From assembly GCA_025603075.1 (NCBI GenBank), contig MU626258.1:11457-75456 (forward strand): a stretch of DNA of 64,000 nt, written 5' to 3'. Shown here piece by piece: positions 12,374 through 24,424 of the stretch (positions within the stretch are counted from its first letter, which is position 1; the number at the start of each line of letters is the position of its first letter). A program made the position numbers and the translations under genes. Origin of the DNA: Neoconidiobolus thromboides FSU 785 (lineage: Eukaryota > Fungi > Entomophthoromycota). The notes beneath the pieces were generated by a model, which was given only the letters and a program-made list of their open reading frames with translations, was not told the origin of the DNA and searched no databases.

Positions 12374-13040
12374 TATCGTTTATAAAATAAAAAATGAGAT
12401 TATTTATAGTTCGCATTTTTAATCAAAATGGAATAAAATTGATTACAAAAGCTAGAAAATTTTGTAGGGTATAGTAACCCTTCCAATTTCAATTTTTAAG
12501 AATGTCCGCAGCTCTAGTATTGTTAAAAATAGAATTCAATTGCGATAATTGCTTTCTGTTAATAATTATTAAATTCTAAAAATGGTCTAAAGCTAAATCA
12601 AAAGATATTGAAAAAAATCATTCAAATTTAAATTAATAATGAAACTTATAGATTTTACCATCTAAATTATTTGACATAAAGATGGCTTTTATTATATAAA
12701 TAGAAAAAACTGATCAAGTATTTTCAAAACTACTACTATCGATTGAACAATTTCAGATAAAACACAATAGTGTATTAATACAGCTTTGTGTATATAAAAA
12801 TGTAGTAATATAAAAATGTAATAACGCTAAGAGATTTAACACACATACTATAATACTATCCAAAGATCACAAAAATGTATATGAAGACTAGAAAATAAGA
12901 TAAAAATAAAAGTGATTGTTTGATTGCTATAAAATTCTTATAACACTCATCTTGATATCCAAAAAACTGAATAAAGTTTACCAAATTAAAAAATATAGCT
13001 TAATTAAAAAATATAGCTTAATTCAAACCAGACTTTTATA

Positions 13041-15443
13041 TTATTTTAAATTAATCTCATCTATATACCTGTTGATACTCACAGCTTCATTGAACATTTT
13101 TTTAGCTATTAGACTTCTGTATAAGGGATCTACTATTTCTCTCTTTGGAAATATACTTGGAATGGTAGACGCCAAACCTTTAAAATAAACGATGGCTTCA
13201 TTGATAGCATTACATTTTACTAAAGCTACCAAATACGCTGCTTGTACTTGAGTAGAATGAACTATTACTGTATTAAATTTATTTTTAATTGCCTCCATCT
13301 CCTCTTGGAGTGTACTAAGGGAACCTTCAGACCCAAGGATGCTTAAATAAAGTGAAACTGTACTTGGGTTTATTTTATTTATATTTTCTAGCTCAAATAT
13401 TATATTGTTATAAACTGCTTTAGCTTTAGTAAACTCTCGGGCCTTAAAGTAAGAAAATAAAACAGCTTCTAGAGTTTGTAGATCAGGGGCTAATGAAATA
13501 GGAGGGGAGGTAAACGTGTTGAAATAAAATTCTACAAGCTCGATCTTTTTTAGCTTACCTAAACCTCGCAACAGTATTGAAAGTGTTTGAACATTTGGTT
13601 TGGTATTGCCACCATTTGTTTGTTTTAAAAATACTTGGTCAATCAACTCTTGTGCTAATTCTATTTTACCTGCCTTTAAATAACTATATAATAAATAATT
13701 ATAACTTTTAGTTGTTGGAGTTACTATATCTAAATTATCTAGTATAGATTTGTATATTTTTTCAGTTTCTTCTAAATTTAAGTAAATAGATGTGGCCCTA
13801 AGCATCATATTGTAGATAGAAATATCCGGAGTAAGTCCATATATTTTCATTTCATTAAATGTTTGAAGCATTAACCTTATATCTTTCTTTTTAAAGCATG
13901 TATATAGAACTGTGTCGATGACAGAATTATTTAAAGGCATATCCTTTTGCTTTATACTTTCAAATAACTCCAACATTTTTGAATGATCCCTTCTACTATA
14001 GTATTTTAAAAAATGTAAGTTACTGGTAACATTAGAAGCCGCTTCTGGTATTGAATTAAATAGCTTTAATGCCTCCTCATATTTATCTAAGTGTAAATAA
14101 AGTCGAATTAAAATATTGTAATTTTCTATCGTTGGTGTTACACCTTCATCATTCATCATATCTATAATTTCTAGAGTTGAGCTTATATCGTATTTACCCG
14201 AATAAAATGTCATAAATGAGCAATACGTAATCGAATTAGGAGTTACTCCTTCTTTGATCATTTCATCTTTTACTTTTAAGGCAGAAGATACATCGTCATT
14301 TTTAAGGTGTAAAGAAATCAACGTATTATAAATGTAAATATTGGGCTCCATTTTTTTAGTTAATTTTAATTGCTCATAAAACATTAGCGCTCCCTCTGGA
14401 TCATCACATTTAGATTGAAGCATCATTGAATCAATGTTAACATTTGAAGCAATATTGAACTTAGGTAACATATTATAAAACTTAAGGGCCTGCTCTTTTC
14501 TACCATTTTTATTAAAAGCATAAATCAAGGAACCAAAAATATACTGATCTGGTGCATAACCCTTTTTTTCGAAATCTTTATATATATCAAGTACTATATC
14601 AAGTTGCTTTAGTTTACCAAATCCTGACATTAAAGAGCCGTATAATTTGATATCTAAAACCCCTTCATTAGCTTTAATATCTTCTAAAATATACCTTAAC
14701 ATCAGCAATCTATTATTATTTGAAAAATATGTAATCAATTCTGTATAAAGTTTACTAGTCAATATATGTCCAGCGGAATGGGCCAAAATATAACTCTTTT
14801 CCAAATAAACAGTATTCTTTTCATTTAAATTTAATTGTATAATACTTTGGTATAGTGACTCATTTATTTTTTCTTCAGTTTCTATCCTTTTCTCTATTAT
14901 CTCATAAATCTCTTTCCCCAGTTTAAATTCAGGTTGATTTTCAATTGCTTTTATCAGATTCAGAATGTTAGTATCACTTAACTTAAACTCATTAATTATT
15001 TTTTGTAAAATCTCTTTAATTGATTCCAGATCTAATTTCTCTAATCCAACCTTCTCACCCATCTCTATAAAAAGTTCATCATTATCTATTTTTAGTATAT
15101 TGTCCAATATGAAATTCGAATAAATCTTGAAAGCTGTTTTTTTCATTTCTATAGAATCCTCTTTTATCCCTATTTTTTCTAAGTCCAAGATACTTTCTTT
15201 TAAGTGATTGGCATTTTCTATCTGAATCCTATCTATTTCTAAATCTTTGTTTTCTGTTACCTTGCTTATCAATACTTTATCTTCTCTGTGTAATTTTGAA
15301 GTCATAAAAGAGCTATTTAAATTCTTATTAAATTCACTTCCGTAGCTCTTATTAACATTTAAATCCAAAGAATTATTGTATAACGCATTCCTTTTTAAAC
15401 ACTTTAACTTTAGTAACCTTATTGTTCCGTTTTTTATCATCAT
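13041..15443 (-). CDS. Mitochondrial pentatricopeptide repeat (PPR) protein, intronless
   Basis: 800 aa with tandem 35-aa repeats (PNIYIYNTLISLH, PNSITYCSFM, PTIENYNILI, PDISIYNMML, PNVQTLSILL) and a basic N-terminal presequence-like region. Confidence 0.9.
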   Translation of the reverse strand: MMIKNGTIRLLKLKCLKRNALYNNSLDLNVNKSYGSEFNKNLNSSFMTSKLHREDKVLISKVTENKDLEIDRIQIENANHLKESILDLEKIGIKEDSIEMKKTAFKIYSNFILDNILKIDNDELFIEMGEKVGLEKLDLESIKEILQKIINEFKLSDTNILNLIKAIENQPEFKLGKEIYEIIEKRIETEEKINESLYQSIIQLNLNEKNTVYLEKSYILAHSAGHILTSKLYTELITYFSNNNRLLMLRYILEDIKANEGVLDIKLYGSLMSGFGKLKQLDIVLDIYKDFEKKGYAPDQYIFGSLIYAFNKNGRKEQALKFYNMLPKFNIASNVNIDSMMLQSKCDDPEGALMFYEQLKLTKKMEPNIYIYNTLISLHLKNDDVSSALKVKDEMIKEGVTPNSITYCSFMTFYSGKYDISSTLEIIDMMNDEGVTPTIENYNILIRLYLHLDKYEEALKLFNSIPEAASNVTSNLHFLKYYSRRDHSKMLELFESIKQKDMPLNNSVIDTVLYTCFKKKDIRLMLQTFNEMKIYGLTPDISIYNMMLRATSIYLNLEETEKIYKSILDNLDIVTPTTKSYNYLLYSYLKAGKIELAQELIDQVFLKQTNGGNTKPNVQTLSILLRGLGKLKKIELVEFYFNTFTSPPISLAPDLQTLEAVLFSYFKAREFTKAKAVYNNIIFELENINKINPSTVSLYLSILGSEGSLSTLQEEMEAIKNKFNTVIVHSTQVQAAYLVALVKCNAINEAIVYFKGLASTIPSIFPKREIVDPLYRSLIAKKMFNEAVSINRYIDEINLK

Positions 15444-15997
15444 ATCTCCTTAAGTTATTTGACTATTTGATTGTGATAGTTTTTTGCCCTAAACCAAAAT
15501 GCTTATTTAACTTTCAATGTATATTTTATGTTATAGTTAAGGAATAGTGGGAGAAATGTAATGAAAAAAATTTTAATTTTAATTTTATAAGGGAATTTTT
15601 GGTTTGCATCAAATATCGCGAACCAAAATCAAGTTAAATTCAATCGTAAATTTAAATGCATTCGCTACACTCTTAACAGTATATAGATCAACTTATATTT
15701 TTAAGAAAATCGGCTACTTTATATATAGAAAATGAAATTTCTAATATCAAAGAGAATTTTTGTATCAAAGCTTTTTTTGAATGCACAAATAATAAACACT
15801 AGAAAACATCTATGCTTATAATTACTGAAAAAATAAAGTTTCTAATTTGTAAATATGATCTTTCAATAGCCTTGTTTAAAGTACCTTGTTTCATAAATTA
15901 CTTATTTAAGTAATGTAATATTTTAAGCCTTTATACATACATATTATATACAGCCTATATGAATTTCGATTAAATCAAATCTAACTTATAGTAATTA

Positions 15998-16158
15998 CAG
16001 TTGCTACAACTGTATCACAATCTGGTGGACTATCCATTTAAACATAGACTTTGTCAAAATCATTCTAAATCTAAGAATAAACTATAAAAAAACCAAATAA
16101 AAGGATAACTGACTCTAAAACTATCATAAATTGGATCGCAACAAAGTTGTGGCAACTG
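15998..16158. mobile_element. Single-copy 161-bp element with 14-bp terminal inverted repeats (possible second MITE family)
   Basis: TA|CAGTTGCTACAACT ... AGTTGTGGCAACTG|TA, one mismatch. CAGT start and TA flanks resemble Tc1/pogo ends. Confidence 0.4.
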
Positions 16159-16356
16159 TAATTTTATACTATTAACTTTACAAACTCTAACAATTCAAAT
16201 CCAGCTTTTTGCACTCCACATTTTATTGAACAAAATTTACCCACATTTTAAATAAAAGCGTAAGCATTGCTAAGATTTAAGTAAGTCATTTGATTTGACA
16301 AAAAAGGTATAAAAAAACACTAAATTACCCTTTATTTTTTTGTATTTTTTTATACA

Positions 16357-17190
16357 ATGTCTAATGAACAATCCGCTTTACTGCTAAGGAAACAACTTAA
16401 AGGTATAGAATATTAACATTAATAAGAGCGAATACTAATAGCTTCTAGACTTAATGAAAAACCCAGTCGAAGGTTTTTCAGCTGGTTTGGTTGAAGATAA
16501 TATCTATGAAGTAAGCAAATAAATTAAATAAATAACTAATTGATCAACAATGTATAGTGGGATGTATTAATCATTGGCCCTCAAGATACTTTATAGTAAT
16601 TTGAAATTTTTCTAGTTTTACACTTAATAACTCTTTTAGTGAAGGAGGTTTCTTTAAAGCTCACCTTTCTTTCCCAACGGTAAAAAAAGACTAAGTATAA
16701 AAAACAGGCTAACTCTCTTTAGAATTATCCTCAAATGCCTCCAAGCATGAAATTTATAACAGAAATGTGGCATCCAAATGGTACATATAAATGATTTTTT
16801 TAATAGATTTAATTTTAATATTATTTTAGTTTACAGTGATGGTAGAGTATGCATTTCCATTTTGGTAAGTTGATGATAACTCTAATGATTTTGTTTACCT
16901 TGTTTTTTAGCATCCACCAGGTGAAGATAAATGGGGATATGAGTCTGCTAGCGAGCGTTGGTTGCCAGTACATACCGTAGAAACCATTTTATTAAGTGTG
17001 ATTTCTATGCTTTCAAGCCCAAATGATGAGTCACCAGCGAATATTGAGGCAGCTGTAAAATTTTAAATTTTTTCATATATTCAATAATTATTAATACTGT
17101 AAATCATAGAAAGAATGGAGAGATTCTTACCCAGATTTCAAGAAAAGAGTCAAAAGATTGGTTCGTAAATCGGAGGAAGATTTTTACTAA
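16357..17190 (+). CDS. UBE2G1: Ubiquitin-conjugating enzyme E2, Ube2G1/Ubc7 class, multi-exon
   Basis: Spliced: [15 protein letters not shown]...EGFSAGL...WHPN...[17 protein letters not shown]...ERWLPV; the acidic loop is typical of the Ubc7/Cdc34 class. Confidence 0.9.
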
Positions 17191-17801
17191 GTATAAATTT
17201 TGTTTTGTTATTCTGAAATCAGTAAATAAAGTTTTGAGTAGCAACTTTACATACTTGGCATTATTTATATTTTATATAGTTGGATATTTAAACAGCTGAT
17301 CTAGTGCTATATAATATAGTGATTTACATAAAGTAGCCGTCTGTGAAAGTTATAAGTGAAGAGACTACTTTTATTAGAACTAAAGGCTAATAACTTTTAA
17401 ATTAATTGGTATAAGGTAATATAGCATAAGTTGATAATTCAGAACATAACATAATAGAATGAAGTATTAAAAGTCTATTCAAAAACCTAGGTTTATAAGT
17501 AACTTGATAATTTGAAAACAAGGACAATGCTATTGAAAACTTGTGCTTAAAAAATATTTGATGTTAATATTAACTTAATTTTATTCTTAAATGCTTTGAT
17601 ATTTATTTATACTAGAAAGTTATAAAATAATAAGTGTAATATTATTAATATCCTATATAAATAAATTTTACCAATAAATGATGTTAGTCTAAAATGTTAT
17701 TATTGAAGAATTTAGCTACCTTTAAATGATATAAAATATTTTACAAAAGGAATTTTTATAATCCCAAGTTTAGATCAATGGCGTTTATTAATATTATAAA
17801 A

Positions 17802-18732
17802 CTAGTCTCTTTTTAATGGAACACTTTCAATTGAAACACCACTAGAGTTAACGGTAAAAATTTCTAATTGATCACCAGTATAGATATCTCTTTCAGTGGC
17901 AGAAATAAACCCATCTTTAATAAGATTCACAGCCTCATCATGCTTTGGTAAATCTTTACTAACATTAATTTGATTGTATTTACCAACCTAATAAAAGTTT
18001 AATGTTTTATTATAGCATTATTTTGATTATACCTGATTATCCATTAAAGGTTGTAATAAAGGAGCGCCAGTACCAATAGAATCATGAGTGTATTCACCAT
18101 AGGAGCCAACTGGGTCAAAATTATAAATAATGCCCTTGCCTTTCAAAATATTAGTAAAATATTTACTTATATTTGCTATATTGTATTATATTACCTTCTG
18201 GTGAAAGACCCGCTAAAATAATATTAGTATAGTATGGGAAGAAGCGACGACCATATAAGATAGTTTGAATCATTTGAGCTATTGAGCCGATTTCCATAAC
18301 TTTATTATGTGCTAATTTGTATAACTAAAAAGAAAATTAAAAGCTGTAAATTAAAGACAATAAAATTTACTTTTAATCTTTGAATAAGAGTCTTATGGAG
18401 AACTATGCCATCAGCATAATACCCAGCAAAGGAGAATACAGCTTTATCTGTACTGTTAAACTTTAGAAATAATTTAATGTCGTTAAAATGAAACTTACAG
18501 CTTAAATGCTTTTGGTGAGTATCTAGAAGTGATTAAGTAACCTTCAGATTGACGGGTGTCAGCTCCAAGTACTACAAAGTCATCTCCAGCAATTGCAACA
18601 CTTGTTCTAAATGTATTGTTATATTTTATATTTAAAAAATTAATGAAAATCGTACCCCCCAGTTTGAGTATATGGATCGAATTGATGTTGAATTGGGGCT
18701 GAAGTAATACTTTCTTGGACTGTACAAATCAT
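17802..18732 (-). CDS. PRE7: 20S proteasome subunit beta6 (PSMB1), multi-exon
   Basis: FDPYTQTGG|TSVAIAGDDFVVLGADTRQSEG, FSFAGYYADG, YSFDPVGSYG, C-terminal LKRD*. Confidence 0.92.
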
Positions 18733-18976
18733 TTTGCTTATTCAAATTTAAACTTTATATATAATGAAAAGATTGTATAAACTGAAAATTCAGATTTTAC
18801 GCTTTTACAAAATCCAGCCTAAGATAAATTCAACCAATAAATTAGTTTCATTTACTATAAATTAATCAATCTATTAGTTGAGATACTTGCAATTCTAAGC
18901 TTTAATTTTTATACGTCAGCATCTATTGCTTAAATATTAGCAATTTCAATCATCTTTATTAGTATTATTAACAAAA
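18733..18976. promoter_or_regulatory. Short bidirectional promoter shared by proteasome beta6 and beta5 genes
   Basis: 244 bp between divergent ATGs at 18732 (-) and 18977 (+). Promoter function is inferred from gene arrangement only. Confidence 0.6.
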
Positions 18977-20006
18977 ATGAATACATTCTTAAAACAATTT
19001 GGAAACGACGAGCATGAAGCTATAATAGATCCCACTATAAGTACTACAAATTACGGAATACCAACCTTTTCTTTTCCAATAGTCCAAAACGTAATATATT
19101 AATATTTCAATTTATTAATATTAATTTATTTTAGCCTAGTCAATTTCTAAAAGAAAAAGTAGACGTATCAAGTGAAAAAAATGGTATGATTAAATTAAAT
19201 CATGGTACTACTACCCTTGCATTTAAATTCCAGGGTGGTATCATTGTAGCTGTAGATTCCAGAGCTTCTGCTGGAAATTATATTGGTAATTAAAGAGTAA
19301 TTATTTAGAAGGATTAACTAAATAAAGTTTAGCCTCTAGTACCGTAAAGAAAGTAATTGAAATTAATCCTTATCTTTTGGGTACCATGGCCGGTGGTGCC
19401 GCTGATTGTTCTTTTTGGGAAAGAGAGCTAGGTCGTAGATGCCGGTAATTTTAAAATTAATGTTCTTAAAAATGAACTTATGTTTTTAGTCTTTATGAGT
19501 TACAAAACGGAGAACGTATTTCAGTAGCCGCAGCTTCAAAAATTTTAAGCAACATTGTTTACTCTTATAAAGGAGCTGGGCTATCTATGGTAATTTGAAT
19601 TTTATAAAGTTATAGTTTCATTTATCATTTAAATAAAGGGTACTATGATCACTGGATGGGATAAAACTGGGCCACAAATCTATTATGTTGACTCGGATGG
19701 TACCCGTTTAGGTGGAGATAAATTTTCAGTAGGTTCTGGTTCCACTTTTGCATATTCAGTTTTAGATACTGGATTTGATTTCAATATGTCAGTAGAGGAC
19801 GCACTTGAGTTAGGAAAACGTTCAATTTATCATGCTGCACACAGAGATGCTTTCTCTGGTGGTTCAATCAATTGTAAGTACTTAGATTACTAATTCAGAT
19901 TTGTTTTTAATGTTGTTTAGTATACCACGTTGCTGAAAATGGTTGGGTTTATCATGGAAATCATAACTTCCATGAGGTTCATGATCTCTATTATCCAGAG
20001 AATTAA
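18977..20006 (+). CDS. PRE2: 20S proteasome subunit beta5 (PSMB5), multi-exon
   Basis: Propeptide, then HG|[39 protein letters not shown] and HRDAFSGG. Confidence 0.95.
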
Positions 20007-20487
20007 AGCATTTTTTAAATAAATTTAAATATTTATATTTAGACAAATACATGTTTATTAAATAGAAGCTAATTTTATTTCTAGGCATTTCGATCAATTT
20101 ACTGTCAGTTATTTTTTATAATAGTTACTATTTCATGTACAATTACTTATGTTAAAATCAACTATTTATTAAAAATAAAATCAAAAAAGCCCAAAATTCA
20201 TAATAATAAACAAAATTTTTATCAAGAGGGGTTATAAACCTGAAAAACAATTGATTTTGTTAAAACAAAGCATACTTTTAATATATTTGAGTCTTAATAA
20301 CAAACTCAAAATAGTAAAATGAACCAAACTAGATCTAAAAATTAAGGATATTATAAGAATAGGTAATAGTAAAACAAAAAAACTAAGAGAAGGGAAAAAA
20401 GAAGGACCATTTAAACGCCTATTATGCGTCATTAATTAAGGAAACCAAAACATAGTAGTGTGATAGTATTTCAATGCTTATCAGTTA

Positions 20488-21244
20488 TTATTGCGTTTTT
20501 ACGCTTACATCTTCCTTTCTTTCACCTTCCTTTACTGCATCTTTTCTTTCATTTTCCTTTTTTTCATCATTAATAGTCGGTTTTATTTCTTGATTATTCA
20601 AAGGAGTTTCAGTACTAGTATTGTTATCTGGTGCTAAAAAGAAATTTTCATTATTTGAACTAAAAGTTGATTTTCTGTTCTCATCAAGCTTAGGAGAGGA
20701 AGAAGGTGGGGGTAAATTAAATATTTCTGCTAAGCTATCATTTAAGGATTGATGATTTCCTAAAGAAACTTCTGGATTGAATAAAGAGTCACGAAGCGAA
20801 GATACTTCTTTATCTTTTATAGATTCTCCTTTTGACTCTCCTGCTGATTCTTCTGAGTTCGTCTTAGGATTTATATCAATATCATCTAATAGTTTGGCAA
20901 ACTCTTCCATATCTTTTTTTAAACTTTTTAACTACATAATTTCATATTTTCAATATATTTATATGTAAACTAATTAAATATTACTTGGCTTCCACTAGTC
21001 CCATAATTCATTACCATTCCATCTGAGCCTTTTTAGGTTATTAAAATGAGTTAAATTAAATTTTAGAAAGTATTACCACCGTGGGCTAAATGCTAAAAGA
21101 AGGACTTAGTTAGTTAATAGTTTAAAACAAGAATATTACTTGAAAATTAGAAGGAGAGCCTATAAGAGCCTTTGATATTTTGACATTGCTCTTTAGAGGT
21201 TTTGACTCATCTTTAGGCTGTATACACGATATTATTTGACCCAT
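20488..21244 (-). CDS. Small CRIB-motif protein with putative N-myristoyl/palmitoyl anchor (Cdc42/Rac effector-like), 4 exons
   Basis: Spliced: MGQIISCIQ...ALIGSPSNFQ|HLAHG|GSDG... This matches CRIB (I-S/G-x-P-x-x-F-x-H-x-x-H). It joins ORF 20488-20910, which is low complexity. Confidence 0.75.
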
Positions 21245-21508
21245 TGAAATTTAAAATCTTTTTTTACCCCCCTTTTTTGCTTTTATAAGAAATTTAATGA
21301 AGTAAAAAATATATTTTTTAACCAATCTTTTTCCATGAAATTTAAAATCAACTTTTATTGGGATGATTTCAGAGCTCCATTATTACTTAATCAGGTAGTT
21401 TATAAATAGGAGAGACTTAAACCTGGTCTTAAAATAAATATAATTTCTGGAACTTCATTTTACACTATTATTTTATTCAAAAGTATTAAAACTGTAAGCA
21501 TTTTACAA

Positions 21509-21614
21509 TATTAGTAATATTTTTTTTTTATTTAACAATTTTATTAATAATTTTCCACTTAAATAACACTTGAAAATGGAAAAAGTAACAAAACGAAAAA
21601 AACACTCTCATATA
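21509..21614 (+). mobile_element. MITE family A copy (degenerate left end)
   Basis: Core TTTTCCACTTAAATAACACTTGAAAATGGAAAAAGTAA and right end AAAAACACTCTCATATA. Confidence 0.7.
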
Positions 21615-22040
21615 TTAAATGGCATCATCATATTACTGTAGCCAATTTTATGTTAATACCCCAAAGTCTGGGATAAAATAATTTATCAAATTTGATTTAT
21701 TAGCGGTTTTATAAACCCTAACTAAAAGTAATATTTTATAAGTGAAAAAATTAAATTTTATCTAAAAGATGTAAATATATCAAATTTGTATGGGATATAT
21801 ATTATATTAAAAAGTATTTGTAGAAGAACCACTTAACTTTTATTTATTTATTTCAAGTAATTGTTCAGGATAATAACTACATACATTCAAAAAAACATTT
21901 ATTTGGTATAAATAATGCTATAGCTATAATATCTGAATGTTTTTTCACTTAGTAAAATTTAAATTATTACATAATTATATATTTGATGATATATCTAGAA
22001 ATCCTTTTAAAGATTTATTATAGATTTTAGTACATTTATT

Positions 22041-22676
22041 TCAAGGTTTAATAGTAATAATAGGACGTTTATCAAACAACTCGCGATGGTCACCTTGATA
22101 AAACTCTGGGAATAAAGGATAACCTGGTAAATTACCCACTAAATTTTGAGGTCCAGTAACTGATCCTCCAACCTTACCACCAGTGATTTTGATGTCGGCA
22201 CAATTCATATAGTATTCTCGATTACCTTCAGCATTGATCCAAGTCCAAGTTAAAACTGCTGTATCCGAAGGTGGGGCATCCGCTGGAATAGTTACTGGGA
22301 AAGTGATACCTTGTCTAAAGCATTCACGTATAACTGTACTCAAAGCAACAATGGTTTTACCATTATCATAAGATAAACCAAACTGGCAATGTCCGCCATC
22401 GTGCTTATTGCTACCCTCAACGTTAGCGAATTTCACATTAATGGTTTGGCCAGCTGCATAAGTAGCTTGTGCAGGTCCTTGTTTAGCTCCTTTACATGGA
22501 TATGGATAATCAAAGCCTTCATTACTACCAAGTGGTGCATTTAAGTCCCAGTCAACGTCATCTTTGGATTGATAGTATTTACTATATTGAGAACGACGTG
22601 GTGCTGGAGTTTGGATTTCCATATGTGATGTTACACATAATGCAAATAAGGAGTATAAAATGGCGTTAAGTTTCAT
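22041..22676 (-). CDS. Secreted AA11-type lytic polysaccharide monooxygenase, copy 1
   Basis: Signal peptide ending VTS then His1 (HMEI); YPCKG, HDGGHCQ and WTWINAEGNREYYMNCADI match AA11 His-brace motifs. Confidence 0.85.
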   Translation of the reverse strand: MKLNAILYSLFALCVTSHMEIQTPAPRRSQYSKYYQSKDDVDWDLNAPLGSNEGFDYPYPCKGAKQGPAQATYAAGQTINVKFANVEGSNKHDGGHCQFGLSYDNGKTIVALSTVIRECFRQGITFPVTIPADAPPSDTAVLTWTWINAEGNREYYMNCADIKITGGKVGGSVTGPQNLVGNLPGYPLFPEFYQGDHRELFDKRPIITIKP

Positions 22677-22748
22677 TTTTTTATAAAGCTTAATTCTAAT
22701 TAAGTGTAGGGAATTTTACAGTTTATATACTCTCATCATTTGATAAGG

Positions 22749-22852
22749 ATATGGGGATGTATTTTTTGTTTAACAACTATATTAGTAATTTTTCCATCCA
22801 AATAGCACTTAAAGATGGAAAAAGCGATGAAATAGAAAAACATCCTCATATA
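22749..22852 (+). mobile_element. MITE family A copy in the LPMO copy 1 promoter
   Basis: ATATGGGGATGTATTTTTTG...AAAAACATCCTCATATA. Absent at the paralogous site upstream of LPMO copy 2. Confidence 0.85.
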
Positions 22853-23788
22853 GAAAAGCTTTAAGGATATCGGCAAAAGATATCAACATGCGTGAGTTAT
22901 TTATAGATTTTGTTATATAAATACATAACAATTATCTTAAAAATATATGCCAACTAACATATGGTTTAGTACCATTTGTTGTATATCATCTTATACTTCT
23001 TTTAAGCTAAAACTTTATATATGAGCTTCCTTCGTGACTTAATTTACCACTATTCTTAAATTCCATCTTATCAAATTTCTATAATGTAGACATCATATAC
23101 AATGAGTGATTTTAGCTGAGGGTAACCTTATTTTTAGCTATTTCCTAATATTGAAATAGTCGCCTTTCCTTTAGTCTCATGAATATTATTAAATTGAAAT
23201 TATACTGTTTATAGCTGGTTTACTTATCCTACACCTTATAAATATTTTCTTATAGCTAAATTGCATTTTCATAGATTTTTTATACCTTAATTACATTTCC
23301 AGATTTTAGATTTCTATAAGTCACATATTTAAAACTATATATAAAATAAATTATGTTTAGTTGTTAAGTCTGAGTATATTAATGACTTCTAATATTTTTA
23401 TTGAAGAAAGGAAATTAATAATATAATTAGAATTCTTAAAACTTAAACTGTCTTTAATATCAAATTTCAATATTTAATTCAACAACATAATAGTAAATTA
23501 TACTTTAGTTTTATAATACCAATGGTTACTATAATATGACTATAAAGGTTGAAATCATACTATAGTGACATATTATTTTATTTAAAAGCGACTCTTTAAT
23601 ATATCATCTTGCATTTGAGTTATTTTAAAAAAATATTTAGTCTAAAATTGCCATTAAACCTTATTTGATTATTTTTTACTTTTATTTTTTTAAGTCAGAT
23701 ATAAATAAAATGAAATTAAAGTTCTTATATATTGTATGAATAAACAAAGGTTTATTAAACATTTCAAAATAAAAAAGAATTGATACAT

Positions 23789-24424
23789 TTAAGGCTTAAC
23801 AGTAATGATAGGACGCTGATCGAATAACTCCTTACGATCACCTTGATAAAACTCTGGGAAAGTAGGATAACCTGGTAAATTACCCACTAAATTTTGAGGT
23901 CCAGTAACTGATCCTCCGACCTTACCACCAGTGATTTTGATGTCGGCACAATTCATATAGTATTCTCGATTACCTTCAGCATTGATCCAAGTCCAAGTTA
24001 AAACTGTACTATTGGAAGGTGGAGCATCTGCCGGTATTTTAACTGGGAAGTTAATACCTTGTAGAAAGCAATCATGTATGACGGTTTTTAATACTACTAT
24101 AGTTTTAGCATTATCATAAGAGATACCAAACTGACAATGACCACCATTGTGTTTATTACTACCTTCAACATTAGCAAATTGAACATTGATAGTGGAACCG
24201 GCTGCGTAGCTGGCTTGTACAGGTCCTTGTTTAACTCCTTTACATGGATATGGATAATCAAAACCCTCATTATTACCAAGTGGTACATTCAAATCCCAAT
24301 CAACGTCATTCTGAGATTGATAATAGTCACTATATTGAGAACGACGTGGTGCTGGAGTTTGGATTTCCATATGTGATGTTACACATAATACAAATAAGGA
24401 GTATGAAAAGGTGGTGAATTTCAT
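23789..24424 (-). CDS. Secreted AA11-type LPMO, copy 2
   Basis: Same 211-aa architecture: His1 after the signal peptide, HNGGHCQ, NREYYMNC. Confidence 0.85.
   Translation of the reverse strand: MKFTTFSYSLFVLCVTSHMEIQTPAPRRSQYSDYYQSQNDVDWDLNVPLGNNEGFDYPYPCKGVKQGPVQASYAAGSTINVQFANVEGSNKHNGGHCQFGISYDNAKTIVVLKTVIHDCFLQGINFPVKIPADAPPSNSTVLTWTWINAEGNREYYMNCADIKITGGKVGGSVTGPQNLVGNLPGYPTFPEFYQGDRKELFDQRPIITVKP

Noticed and set aside
12916-13188. 90-aa plus-strand ORF
   Set aside because: Overlaps the PPR 3' end antisense; AT-rich with no motif.
19882-20432. ORFs 19882-20097 and 20232-20432
   Set aside because: Antisense to the last PRE2 exon or lying in 3' UTR space; no coding signal.
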